Of a DNA stretch of 64,000 bases, positions 1 to 15,000 are shown in pieces. The notes under the pieces are model-generated. The model was not told the origin of the DNA. It was given only the letters and a program-made list of their open reading frames with translations, and did not search any database. Position 1 is the first letter of the stretch. Every line of letters starts with the position of its first letter. The position numbers and the translations under genes were made by a program. The stretch lies in the NCBI GenBank assembly GCA_964016885.1, contig CAXHJY010001487.1, positions 1 through 64,000 of the forward strand, given 5' to 3'. This stretch comes from Eledone cirrhosa (Eukaryota).

Positions 1-3000
1 TGTGATTCGTTTCTTCGAAGCACACCATTCGCTGGTGGACTTCAGCTTCCGCATTTAGCATGGGCAGCTGTTCTTGAAAATCACACCACACACAGCAAAT
101 GTGTGTCTGCACATGGACCAGTAATTACAGATCGATCCGACCATAGGCGGCCGGCCCACGATCGAAAAGGTAACTCCGCCGGCAAATTCGCATTTTTGTG
201 ATTCGTTTCTTCGAAGCACACCATTCGCTGCTGGACTTCAGCTTCCGCATTTAGCATGGGCAGCTTTTCTTGAAAATCACACCACACACAGCTAATGAGT
301 GTCTGCACCTATACCAGTTATTACAGATCGATCCGACCACGGGCAGCCGGCCCACGATCGAAAAGGTAACTCCGCCGGCAAATTCGCATTTTTGTGATTC
401 GTTTCTTCGAAGCACACCATTCGCTGGTGGACTTCAGCTTCCGCATTTAGCATGGGCAACGTTTCGTGAAAATCACACCACACAGAGCAAATGTGTGTCT
501 GCACATGGACCAGTAATTACAGATCGATTCGACCACAGGCGGCCGGCCCACGATCGAAAAGGTAACTCCGCCGGCAAATTCGCATTTTTGTGATTCGTTT
601 CTTCGAAGCACACCATTCGCTGGTGGACTTCAGCTTCCGCATTTAGCATGGGCAACTTTTCTTGAAAATCACACCACACACAGGCAATGAGGGTCTGCAC
701 ATGTACCAGTAATTACAAATCGATCCGACCACGGGCGGCCGGCCAGGATCGAAAAGGTAACTCCGCCGGCAAATTCGCATTTTTGTGATTCGTTTCTTCG
801 AAGCACACCATTCGCTGGTGGACTTCAGCTTCCTCATTTAGCATGGGCAGCTTTTCTTGAACATCACACCACACACAGCCAATGAGTGTCTGCACATATA
901 CCAGTAATTACAGATCGATCCGACCACGGGCGGCCAGCCCACGATCGAAAAGGTAACTCCGCCGGCAAATTCGCATTTTTGTGATTCGTTTCTTCGAAGC
1001 ACACCATTCGCTGGTGGACTTCAGCTTCCGCATTTAGCATGGGCAACTTTTCTTGAAAATCACACCACACACAGCTAATGAGTGTATGCACATATACCAG
1101 TAATTACAGATCGATCCGACCACGGGCGGCCGGCCCACGATTGAAAAGGTAACTCCGCCGGCAAATTCGCATTTTTGTGATTCGTTTCTTCGAAGCACAC
1201 CATTCGCTGGTGGACTTCAGCTTCCGCATTTAGCATGGGCAGCTTTTCTTGAACATGACACCACACACAGCCAATGAGTGTCTCCACATATACCAGTAAT
1301 TACAGATCGATCCGACCACGGGCGGCCGGCCCACGATCGAAAAGGTAACTCCGCCGGCAAATTCGCATTTTTGTGATTCGTTTCTTCGAAGCACACCATT
1401 CGCTGGTAGACTTCAGCTTCCGCATTTAGCATGGGCAGCGTTTTTTGAAAATCACACCACACACAGTCAATGAGTGTCTGCACATATACCAGTAATTACA
1501 GATCGATCCGACCAGAGGCGGCCGGCCCACGATCGAAAAGGTAACTCCGCCGGTAAATAGTCATTTTTGTGATTCGTTTTCTTCGAAGCACACCATTCGC
1601 CGCCGGACTTCAGCTTCCTCATTTAGCATGGGCAGTTTTTCTTGAACATCACACCACACACAGCCAATGAGTGTCTGCACATATACCAGTAATTACAGAT
1701 CGATCCGACCACGGGCGGCCGGCCCACGATCGAAAAGGTAACACCGCCGGCAAATTCGCATTTTTGTGATTCGTTTCTTCGAAGCACACCATTCGCTGGT
1801 GGACTTCAGCTTCCGCATTTAGCATGGGCAGCTTTTCTTGAAAATCACACCACACACAGCAGATGTGTGTCTGCACATGGACCAGTAATTACAGATCGAT
1901 CCGACCATAGGCGGCCGGCCCACGATCGAAAAGGTAACTCCGCCGGCAAATTCACATTTTTGTGATTCGTTTCTTCGAAGCACACCATTCGCTGGTGGAC
2001 TTCAGCTTCCGCATTTAGCATGGGCAGCTTTTCTTGAAAATCACACCACACACAGCAAATTTGTGTTTGCACATGGACCAGTAATTACAGATCGATCCGA
2101 CCATAGGCGGCCGGCCCACGATCGAAAAGGTAACTCCGCCGGCAAATTCGCATTTTTGTGATTCGTTTCTTCGAAGCACACCATTCGCTGGTGGACTTCA
2201 GCTTCCGCATTTAGCATGGGCAACTTTTCTTGAACATCACACCACACACAGCCAATGAGTGTCTGCACATATACCAGTAATTACAGATCGATCCGACCAC
2301 GGGCGGCCGGCCCACGATCGAAAAGGTAACTCCGCCGGCAAATTCGCATTTTTGTGATTCGTTTCTTCGAAGCACACCATTCGCTGGTGGACTTCAGCTT
2401 CCGCATTTAGCATGGGCAACTTTTCTTGAAAATCACACCACACACAGGCAATGAGTGTCTGCACATGTACCAGTAATTACAAATCGATCCGACCACGGGC
2501 GGCCGGCCACGATCGAAAAGGTAACTCCGCCGGCAAATTCGCATTTTTGTGATTCGTTTCTTCGAAGCACACCATTCGCTGGTGGAATTCAGCTTCCTCA
2601 TTTAGCATGGGCAGCTTTTCTTGAAAATCACACCACACACAGCCAATGAGTGTATGCACATATACCAGTAATTACAGATCGATCCGACCACGGGCGGCCG
2701 GCCCACGATCGAAAAGGTAACTCCGCCGGCAAATTCGCATTTTTGTGATTCGTTTTCTTCGAAGCACACCATTCGCTGGTGGACTTCAGCTTCCGCATTT
2801 AGCATGGGCAGCTTTTCTTGAACATCACACCACACACAGCCAATGAGTGTCTCCACATATACCAGTAATTACAGATCGATCCGACCACGGGCGGCCGGCC
2901 CACGATCGAAAAGGTAACTCCGCCGGCAAATTCGCATTTTTGTGATTCGTTTCTTCGAAGCACACCATTCGCTGGTAGACTTCAGCTTCCGCATTTAGCA

Positions 3001-6000
3001 TGGGCAGCGTTTCTTGAAAATCACACCACACACAGTCAATGAGTGTCTGCACATATACCACTAATTACAGATCGATCCGACCACAGGCGGCCGGCCCACG
3101 ATCGAAAAGGTAACTCCGCCGGTAAATAGTCATTTTTGTGATTCGTTTTCTTCGAAGCACACCATTCGCCGCCGGACTTCAGCTTCCTCATTTAGCATGG
3201 GCAGTTTTTCTTGAACATCACACCACACACAGCCAATGAGTGTCTGCACATATACCAGTAATTACAGATCGATCCGACCACGGGCGGCCGGCCCACGATC
3301 GAAAAGGTAACTCCGCCGGCAAATTCGCATTTTTGTGATTCGTTTCTTCGAAGCACACCATTCGTGGGTAGACTTCAGCTTCCGCATTTAGCATGGGCAG
3401 CTTTTCTTGAAAATCACACCACACACAGCAAATGTGTGTCTGCACATGGACCAGTAATTACAGATCGATCCGACCATAGGCGGCCGGCCCACGATCGAAA
3501 AGGTAACTCCGCCGGCAAATTCGCATTTTTGTGATTCGTTTCTTCGAAGCACACCATTCGCTGGTGGACTTCAGCTTCCGCATTTAGCATGGGCAACGTT
3601 TCGTGAAAATCACACCACACAGAGCAAATGTGTGTCTGCACATGGACCAGTAATTACAGATCGATCCGACCACAGGCGGCCGGCCCACGATCGAAAAGGT
3701 AACTCCGCCGGTAAATAGTCATTTTTGTGATTCGTTTTCTTCGAAGCACACCATTCGCCGCCGGACTTCAGCTTCCTCATTTAGCATGGGCAGCTTTTTT
3801 TGAAAATCACACCACACACAGTCAATGAGTGTCTGCACATATACCAGTAATTACAGATCGATCCGACCACAGGCGGCCGGCCCACGATCGAAAAGGTAAC
3901 TCCGCCGGCAAATTCGCATTTTTGTGATTCGTTTCTTCGAAGCACACCATTCGCTGGTGGACTTCAGCTTCCGCATTTAGCATGGGCAGCTGTTCTTGAA
4001 AATCACACCACACACAGCAAATGTGTGTCTGCACATGGACCAGTAATTACAGATCGATCCGACCATAGGCGGCCGGCCCACGATCGAAAAGGTAACTCCG
4101 CCGGCAAATTCGCATTTTTGTGATTCGTTTCTTCGAAGCACACCATTCGCTGGTGGACTTCAGCTTCCGCATTTAGCATGGGCAACTTTTCTTGAAAATC
4201 ACACCACACACAGGCAATGAGTGTCTGCACATGTACCAGTAATTACAAATCGATCCGACCACGGGCGGCCGGCCACGATCGAAAAGGTAACTCCGCCGGC
4301 AAATTCGCATTTTTGTGATTCGTTTCTTCGAAGCACACCATTCGCTGGTGGACTTCAGCTTCCGCATTTAGCATGGGCAGCTGTTCTTGAAAATCACACC
4401 ACACACAGCAAATGTGTGTCTGCACATGGACCAGTAATTACAGATCGATCCGACCATAGGCGGCCGGCCCACGATCGAAAAGGTAACTCCGCCGGCAAAT
4501 TCGCATTTTTGTGATTCGTTTCTTCGAAGCACACCATTCGCTGCTGGACTTCAGCTTCCGCATTTAGCATGGGCAGCTTTTCTTGAAAATCACACCACAC
4601 ACAGCTAATGAGTGTCTGCACCTATACCAGTTATTACAGATCGATCCGACCACGGGCAGCCGGCCCACGATCGAAAAGGTAACTCCGCCGGCAAATTCGC
4701 ATTTTTGTGATTCGTTTCTTCGAAGCACACCATTCGCTGGTGGACTTCAGCTTCCGCATTTAGCATGGGCAACGTTTCGTGAAAATCACACCACACAGAG
4801 CAAATGTGTGTCTGCACATGGACCAGTAATTACAGATCGATTCGACCACAGGCGGCCGGCCCACGATCGAAAAGGTAACTCCGCCGGCAAATTCGCATTT
4901 TTGTGATTCGTTTCTTCGAAGCACACCATTCGCTGGTGGACTTCAGCTTCCGCATTTAGCATGGGCAACTTTTCTTGAAAATCACACCACACACAGGCAA
5001 TGAGGGTCTGCACATGTACCAGTAATTACAAATCGATCCGACCACGGGCGGCCGGCCAGGATCGAAAAGGTAACTCCGCCGGCAAATTCGCATTTTTGTG
5101 ATTCGTTTCTTCGAAGCACACCATTCGCTGGTGGACTTCAGCTTCCTCATTTAGCATGGGCAGCTTTTCTTGAACATCACACCACACACAGCCAATGAGT
5201 GTCTGCACATATACCAGTAATTACAGATCGATCCGACCACGGGCGGCCAGCCCACGATCGAAAAGGTAACTCCGCCGGCAAATTCGCATTTTTGTGATTC
5301 GTTTCTTCGAAGCACACCATTCGCTGGTGGACTTCAGCTTCCGCATTTAGCATGGGCAACTTTTCTTGAAAATCACACCACACACAGCTAATGAGTGTAT
5401 GCACATATACCAGTAATTACAGATCGATCCGACCACGGGCGGCCGGCCCACGATTGAAAAGGTAACTCCGCCGGCAAATTCGCATTTTTGTGATTCGTTT
5501 CTTCGAAGCACACCATTCGCTGGTGGACTTCAGCTTCCGCATTTAGCATGGGCAGCTTTTCTTGAACATCACACCACACACAGCCAATGAGTGTCTCCAC
5601 ATATACCAGTAATTACAGATCGATCCGACCACGGGCGGCCGGCCCACGATCGAAAAGGTAACTCCGCCGGCAAATTCGCATTTTTGTGATTCGTTTCTTC
5701 GAAGCACACCATTCGCTGGTAGACTTCAGCTTCCGCATTTAGCATGGGCAGCGTTTCTTGAAAATCACACCACACACAGTCAATGAGTGTCTGCACATAT
5801 ACCAGTAATTACAGATCGATCCGACCAGAGGCGGCCGGCCCACGATCGAAAAGGTAACTCCGCCGGTAAATAGTCATTTTTGTGATTCGTTTTCTTCGAA
5901 GCACACCATTCGCCGCCGGACTTCAGCTTCCTCATTTAGCATGGGCAGTTTTTCTTAAACATCACACCACACACAGCCAATGAGTGTCTGCACATATACC

Positions 6001-9000
6001 AGTAATTACAGATCGATCCGACCACGGGCGGCCGGCCCACGATCGAAAAGGTAACACCGCCGGCAAATTCGCATTTTTGTGATTCGTTTCTTCGAAGCAC
6101 ACCATTCGCTGGTGGACTTCAGCTTCCGCATTTAGCATGGGCAGCTTTTCTTGAAAATCACACCACACACAGCAGATGTGTGTCTGCACATGGACCAGTA
6201 ATTACAGATCGATCCGACCATAGGCGGCCGGCCCACGATCGAAAAGGTAACTCCGCCGGCAAATTCACATTTTTGTGATTCGTTTCTTCGAAGCACACCA
6301 TTCGCTGGTGGACTTCAGCTTCCGCATTTAGCATGGGCAGCTTTTCTTGAAAATCACACCACACACAGCAAATTTGTGTTTGCACATGGACCAGTAATTA
6401 CAGATCGATCCGACCATAGGCGGCCGGCCCACGATCGAAAAGGTAACTCCGCCGGCAAATTCGCATTTTTGTGATTCGTTTCTTCGAAGCACACCATTCG
6501 CTGGTGGACTTCAGCTTCCGCATTTAGCATGGGCAACTTTTCTTGAACATCACACCACACACAGCCAATGAGTGTCTGCACATATACCAGTAATTACAGA
6601 TCGATCCGACCACGGGCGGCCGGCCCACGATCGAAAAGGTAACTCCGCCGGCAAATTCGCATTTTTGTGATTCGTTTCTTCGAAGCACACCATTCGCTGG
6701 TGGACTTCAGCTTCCGCATTTAGCATGGGCAACTTTTCTTGAAAATCACACCACACACAGGCAATGAGTGTCTGCACATGTACCAGTAATTACAAATCGA
6801 TCCGACCACGGGCGGCCGGCCACGATCGAAAAGGTAACTCCGCCGGCAAATTCGCATTTTTGTGATTCGTTTCTTCGAAGCACACCATTCGCTGGTGGAA
6901 TTCAGCTTCCTCATTTAGCATGGGCAGCTTTTCTTGAAAATCACACCACACACAGCCAATGAGTGTATGCACATATACCAGTAATTACAGATCGATCCGA
7001 CCACGGGCGGCCGGCCCACGATCGAAAAGGTAACTCCGCCGGCAAATTCGCATTTTTGTGATTCGTTTTCTTCGAAGCACACCATTCGCTGGTGGACTTC
7101 AGCTTCCGCATTTAGCATGGGCAGCTTTTCTTGAACATCACACCACACACAGCCAATGAGTGTCTCCACATATACCAGTAATTACAGATCGATCCGACCA
7201 CGGGCGGCCGGCCCACGATCGAAAAGGTAACTCCGCCGGCAAATTCGCATTTTTGTGATTCGTTTCTTCGAAGCACACCATTCGCTGGTAGACTTCAGCT
7301 TCCGCATTTAGCATGGGCAGCGTTTCTTGAAAATCACACCACACACAGTCAATGAGTGTCTGCACATATACCACTAATTACAGATCGATCCGACCACAGG
7401 CGGCCGGCCCACGATCGAAAAGGTAACTCCGCCGGTAAATAGTCATTTTTGTGATTCGTTTTCTTCGAAGCACACCATTCGCCGCCGGACTTCAGCTTCC
7501 TCATTTAGCATGGGCAGTTTTTCTTGAACATCACACCACACACAGCCAATGAGTGTCTGCACATATACCAGTAATTACAGATCGATCCGACCACGGGCGG
7601 CCGGCCCACGATCGAAAAGGTAACTCCGCCGGCAAATTCGCATTTTTGTGATTCGTTTCTTCGAAGCACACCATTCGCTGGTGGACTTCAGCTTCCTCAT
7701 TTACCATGGGCAGCTTTTCTTGAAAATCACACCACACACAGCTAATGAGTGTCTGCACATATACCAGTAATTACAGATCGATCCGACCACAGGCGGCCGG
7801 CCCACGATCGAAAAGGTAACTCCGCCGGCAAATTCGCATTTTTGTGATTCGTTTCTTCGAAGCACACCATTCGTGGGTAGACTTCAGCTTCCGCATTTAG
7901 CATGGGCAGCTTTTCTTGAAAATCACACCACACACAGCAAATGTGTGTCTGCACATGGACCAGTAATTACAGATCGATCCGACCATAGGCGGCCGGCCCA
8001 CGATCGAAAAGGTAACTCCGCCGGCAAATTCGCATTTTTGTGATTCGTTTCTTCGAAGCACACCATTCGCTGGTGGACTTCAGCTTCCGCATTTAGCATG
8101 GGCAACGTTTCGTGAAAATCACACCACACAGAGCAAATGTGTGTCTGCACATGGACCAGTAATTACAGATCGATCCGACCACAGGCGGCCGGCCCACGAT
8201 CGAAACGGTAACTCCGCCGGTAAATAGTCATTTTTGTGATTCGTTTTCTTCGAAGCACACCATGCGCCGCCGGACTTCAGCTTCCTCATTTAGCATGGGC
8301 AGCTTTTTTTGAAAATCACACCACACACAGTCAATGAGTGTCTGCACATATACCAGTAATTACAGATCGATCCGACCACAGGCGGCCGGCCCACGATCGA
8401 AAAGGTAACTCCGCCGGCAAATTCGCATTTTTGTGATTCGTTTCTTCGAAGCACACCATTCGCTGGTGGACTTCAGCTTCCGCATTTAGCATGGGCAGCT
8501 GTTCTTGAAAATCACACCACACACAGCAAATGTGTGTCTGCACATGGACCAGTAATTACAGATCGATCCGACCATAGGCGGCCGGCCCACGATCGAAAAG
8601 GTAACTCCGCCGGCAAATTCGCATTTTTGTGATTCGTTTCTTCGAAGCACACCATTCGCTGGTGGACTTCAGCTTCCGCATTTAGCATGGGCAACTTTTC
8701 TTGAAAATCACACCACACACAGGCAATGAGTGTCTGCACATGTACCAGTAATTACAAATCGATCCGACCACGGGCGGCCGGCCACGATCGAAAAGGTAAC
8801 TCCGCCGGCAAATTCGCATTTTTGTGATTCGTTTCTTCGAAGCACACCATTCGCTGGTGGACTTCAGCTTTCTCATTTAGCATGGGCAGCTTTTCTTGAA
8901 AATCACACCACACACAGCCAATGAGTGTATGCACATATACCAGTAATTACAGATCGATCCGACCACGGGCGGCCGGCCCACGATCGAAAAGGTAACTCCG

Positions 9001-12000
9001 CCGGCAAATTCGCATTTTTGTGATTCGTTTCTTCGAAGCACACCATTCGCTGCTGGACTTCAGCTTCCGCATTTAGCATGGGCAGCTTTTCTTGAAAATC
9101 ACACCACACACAGCTAATGAGTGTCTGCACCTATACCAGTTATTACAGATCGATCCGACCACGGGCAGCCGGCCCACGATCGAAAAGGTAACTCCGCCGG
9201 CAAATTCGCATTTTTGTGATTCGTTTCTTCGAAGCACACCATTCGCTGGTGGACTTCAGCTTCCGCATTTAGCATGGGCAACGTTTCGTGAAAATCACAC
9301 CACACAGAGCAAATGTGTGTCTGCACATGGACCAGTAATTACAGATCGATTCGACCACAGGCGGCCGGCCCACGATCGAAAAGGTAACTCCGCCGGCAAA
9401 TTCGCATTTTTGTGATTCGTTTCTTCGAAGCACACCATTCGCTGGTGGACTTCAGCTTCCGCATGTAGCATGGGCAACTTTTCTTGAAAATCACACCACA
9501 CACAGGCAATGAGGGTCTGCACATGTACCAGTAATTACAAATCGATCCGACCACGGGCGGCCGGCCAGGATCGAAAAGGTAACTCCGCCGGCAAATTCGC
9601 ATTTTTGTGATTCGTTTCTTCGAAGCACACCATTCGCTGGTGGACTTCAGCTTCCTCATTTAGCATGGGCAGCTTTTCTTGAACATCACACCACACACAG
9701 CCAATGAGTGTCTGCACATATACCAGTAATTACAGATCGATCCGACCACGGGCGGCCAGCCCACGATCGAAAAGGTAACTCCGCCGGCAAATTCGCATTT
9801 TTGTGATTCGTTTCTTCGAAGCACACCATTCGCTGGTGGACTTCAGCTTCCGCATTTAGCATGGGCAACTTTTCTTGAAAATCACACCACACACAGCTAA
9901 TGAGTGTATGCACATATACCAGTTATTACAGATCGATCCGACCACGGGCGGCCGGCCCACGATTGAAAAGGTAACTCCGCCGGCAAATTCGCATTTTTGT
10001 GATTCGTTTCTTCGAAGCACACCATTCGCTGGTGGACTTCAGCTTCCGCATTTAGCATGGGCAGCTTTTCTTGAACATGACACCACACACAGCCAATGAG
10101 TGTCTCCACATATACCAGTAATTACAGATCGATCCGACCACGGGCGGCCGGCCCACGATCGAAAAGGTAACTCCGCCGGCAAATTCGCATTTTTGTGATT
10201 CGTTTCTTCGAAGCACACCATTCGCTGGTAGACTTCAGCTTCCGCATTTAGCATGGGCAGCGTTTCTTGAAAATCACACCACACACAGTCAATGAGTGTC
10301 TGCACATATACCAGTAATTACAGATCGATCCGACCAGAGGCGGCCGGCCCACGATCGAAAAGGTAACTCCGCCGGTAAATAGTCATTTTTGTGATTCGTT
10401 TTCTTCGAAGCACACCATTCGCCGCCGGACTTCAGCTTCCTCATTTAGCATGGGCAGTTTTTCTTGAACATCACACCACACACAGCCAATGAGTGTCTGC
10501 ACATATACCAGTAATTACAGATCGATCCGACCACGGGCGGCCGGCCCACGATCGAAAAGGTAACACCGCCGGCAAATTCGCATTTTTGTGATTCGTTTCT
10601 TCGAAGCACACCATTCGCTGGTGGACTTCAGCTTCCGCATTTAGCATGGGCAGCTTTTCTTGAAAATCACACCACACACAGCAGATGTGTGTCTGCACAT
10701 GGACCAGTAATTACAGATCGATCCGACCATAGGCGGCCGGCCCACGATCGAAAAGGTAACTCCGCCGGCAAATTCGCATTTTTGTGATTCGTTTCTTCGA
10801 AGCACACCATTCGCTGGTGGACTTCAGCTTCCGCATTTAGCATGGGCAGCTTTTCTTGAAAATCACACCACACACAGCAAATTTGTGTTTGCACATGGAC
10901 CAGTAATTACAGATCGATCCGACCATAGGCGGCCGGCCCACGATCGAAAAGGTAACTCCGCCGGCAAATTCGCATTTTTGTGATTCGTTTCTTCGAAGCA
11001 CACCATTCGCTGGTGGACTTCAGCTTCCGCATTTAGCATGGGCAACTTTTCTTGAACATCACACCACACACAGCCAATGAGTGTCTGCACATATACCAGT
11101 AATTACAGATCGATCCGACCACGGGCGGCCGGCCCACGATCGAAAAGGTAACTCCGCCGGCAAATTCGCATTTTTGTGATTCGTTTTCTTCGAAGCACAC
11201 CATTCGCCGCCGGACTTCAGCTTCCTCATTTAGCATGGGCAGTTTTTCTTGAACATCACACCACACACAGCCAATGAGTGTCTGCACATATACCAGTAAT
11301 TACAGATCGATCCGACCACGGGCGGCCGGCCCACGATCGAAAAGGTAACTCCGCCGGCAAATTCGCATTTTTGTGATTCGTTTCTTCGAAGCACACCATT
11401 CGCTGGTGGACTTCAGCTTCCTCATTTAGCATGGGCAGCTTTTCTTGAAAATCACACCACACACAGCTAATGAGTGTCTGCACATATACCAGTAATTACA
11501 GATCGATCCGACCACAGGCGGCCGGCCCACGATCGAAAAGGTAACTCCGCCGGCAAATTCGCATTTTTGTGATTCGTTTCTTCGAAGCACACCATTCGTG
11601 GGTAGACTTCAGCTTCCGCATTTAGCATGGGCAGCTTTTCTTGAAAATCACACCACACACAGCAAATGTGTGTCTGCACATGGACCAGTAATTACAGATC
11701 GATCCGACCATAGGCGGCCGGCCCACGATCGAAAAGGTAACTCCGCCGGCAAATTCGCATTTTTGTGATTCGTTTCTTCGAAGCACACCATTCGCTGGTG
11801 GACTTCAGCTTCCGCATTTAGCATGGGCAACGTTTCGTGAAAATCACACCACACAGAGCAAATGTGTGTCTGCACATGGACCAGTAATTACAGATCGATC
11901 CGACCACAGACGGCCGGCCCACGATCGAAAAGGTAACTCCGCCGGTAAATAGTCATTTTTGTGATTCGTTTTCTTCGAAGCACACCATTCGCCGCCGGAC

Positions 12001-15000
12001 TTCAGCTTCCTCATTTAGCATGGGCAGCTTTTTTTGAAAATCACACCACACACAGTCAATGAGTGTCTGCACATATACCAGTAATTACAGATCGATCCGA
12101 CCACAGGCGGCCGGCCCACGATCGAAAAGGTAACTCCGCCGGCAAATTCGCATTTTTGTGATTCGTTTCTTCGAAGCACACCATTCGCTGGTGGACTTCA
12201 GCTTCCGCATTTAGCATGGGCAGCTGTTCTTGAAAATCACACCACACACAGCAAATGTGTGTCTGCACATGGACCAGTAATTACAGATCGATCCGACCAT
12301 AGGCGGCCGGCCCACGATCGAAAAGGTAACTCCGCCGGCAAATTCGCATTTTTGTGATTCGTTTCTTCGAAGCACACCATTCGCTGCTGGACTTCAGCTT
12401 CCGCATTTAGCATGGGCAACTTTTCTTGAAAATCACACCACACACAGGCAATGAGTGTCTGCACATGTACCAGTAATTACAAATCGATCCGACCACGGGC
12501 GGCCGGCCACGATCGAAAAGGTAACTCCGCCGGCAAATTCGCATTTTTGTGATTCGTTTCTTCGAAGCACACCATTCGCTGGTGGACTTCAGCTTTCTCA
12601 TTTAGCATGGGCAGCTTTTCTTGAAAATCACACCACACACAGCCAATGAGTGTCTGCACATATACCAGTAATTACAGATCGATCCGACCACGGGCGGCCG
12701 GCCCACGATCGAAAAGGTAACTCCGCCGGCAAATTCGCATTTTTGTGATTCGTTTCTTCGAAGCACACCATTCGCTGCTGGACTTCAGCTTCCGCATTTA
12801 GCATGGGCAGCTTTTCTTGAAAATCACACCACACACAGCTAATGAGTGTCTGCACCTATACCAGTTATTACAGATCGATCCGACCACGGGCAGCCGGCCC
12901 ACGATCGAAAAGGTAACTCCGCCGGCAAATTCGCATTTTTGTGATTCGTTTCTTCGAAGCACACCATTCGCTGGTGGACTTCAGCTTCCGCATTTAGCAT
13001 GGGCAACGTTTCGTGAAAATCACACCACACAGAGCAAATGTGTGTCTGCACATGGACCAGTAATTACAGATCGATTCGACCACAGGCGGCCGGCCCACGA
13101 TCGAAAAGGTAACTCCGCCGGCAAATTCGCATTTTTGTGATTCGTTTCTTCGAAGCACACCATTCGCTGGTGGACTTCAGCTTCCGCATTTAGCATGGGC
13201 AACTTTTCTTGAAAATCACACCACACACAGGCAATGAGGGTCTGCACATGTACCAGTAATTACAAATCGATCCGACCACGGGCGGCCGGCCAGGATCGAA
13301 AAGGTAACTCCGCCGGCAAATTCGCATTTTTGTGATTCGTTTCTTCGAAGCACACCATTCGCTGGTGGACTTCAGCTTCCTCATTTAGCATGGGCAGCTT
13401 TTCTTGAACATCACACCACACACAGCCAATGAGTGTCTGCACATATACCAGTAATTACAGATCGATCCGACCACGGGCGGCCAGCCCACGATCGAAAAGG
13501 TAACTCCGCCGGCAAATTCGCATTTTTGTGATTCGTTTCTTCGAAGCACACCATTCGCTGGTGGACTTCAGCTTCCGCATTTAGCATGGGCAACTTTTCT
13601 TGAAAATCACACCACACACAGCTAATGAGTGTATGCACATATACCAGTAATTACAGATCGATCCGACCACGGGCGGCCGGCCCACGATTGAAAAGGTAAC
13701 TCCGCCGGCAAATTCGCATTTTTGTGATTCGTTTCTTCGAAGCACACCATTCGCTGGTGGACTTCAGCTTCCGCATTTAGCATGGGCAGCTTTTCTTGAA
13801 CATCACACCACACACAGCCAATGAGTGTCTCCACATATACCAGTAATTACAGATCGATCCGACCACGGGCGGCCGGCCCACGATCGAAAAGGTAACTCCG
13901 CCGGCAAATTCGCATTTTTGTGATTCGTTTCTTCGAAGCACACCATTCGCTGGTAGACTTCAGCTTCCGCATTTAGCATGGGCAGCGTTTCTTGAAAATC
14001 ACACCACACACAGTCAATGAGTGTCTGCACATATACCAGTAATTACAGATCGATCCGACCAGAGGCGGCCGGCCCACGATCGAAAAGGTAACTCCGCCGG
14101 TAAATAGTCATTTTTGTGATTCGTTTTCTTCGAAGCACACCATTCGCCGCCGGACTTCAGCTTCCTCATTTAGCATGGGCAGTTTTTCTTGAACATCACA
14201 CCACACACAGCCAATGAGTGTCTGCACATATACCAGTAATTACAGATCGATCCGACCACGGGCGGCCGGCCCACGATCGAAAAGGTAACTCCGCCGGCAA
14301 ATTCGCATTTTTGTGATTCGTTTCTTCGAAGCACACCATTCGCTGGTGGACTTCAGCTTCCGCATTTAGCATGGGCAGCTTTTCTTGAAAATCACACCAC
14401 ACACAGCAGATGTGTGTCTGCACATGGACCAGTAATTACAGATCGATCCGACCATAGGCGGCCGGCCCACGATCGAAAAGGTAACTCCGCCGGCAAATTC
14501 GCATTTTTGTGATTCGTTTCTTCGAAGCACACCATTCGCTGGTGGACTTCAGCTTCCGCATTTAGCATGGGCAGCTTTTCTTGAAAATCACACCACACAC
14601 AGCAAATTTGTGTTTGCACATGGACCAGTAATTACAGATCGATCCGACCATAGGCGGCCGGCCCACGATCGAAAAGGTAACTCCGCCGGCAAATTCGCAT
14701 TTTTGTGATTCGTTTCTTCGAAGCACACCATTCGCTGGTGGACTTCAGCTTCCGCATTTAGCATGGGCAACTTTTCTTGAACATCACACCACACACAGCC
14801 AATGAGTGTCTGCACATATACCAGTAATTACAGATCGATCCGACCACGGGCGGCCGGCCCACGATCGAAAAGGTAACTCCGCCGGCAAATTCGCATTTTT
14901 GTGATTCGTTTCTTCGAAGCACACCATTCGCTGGTGGACTTCAGCTTCCGCATTTAGCGTGGGCAACTTTTCTTGAAAATCACACCACACACAGGCAATG

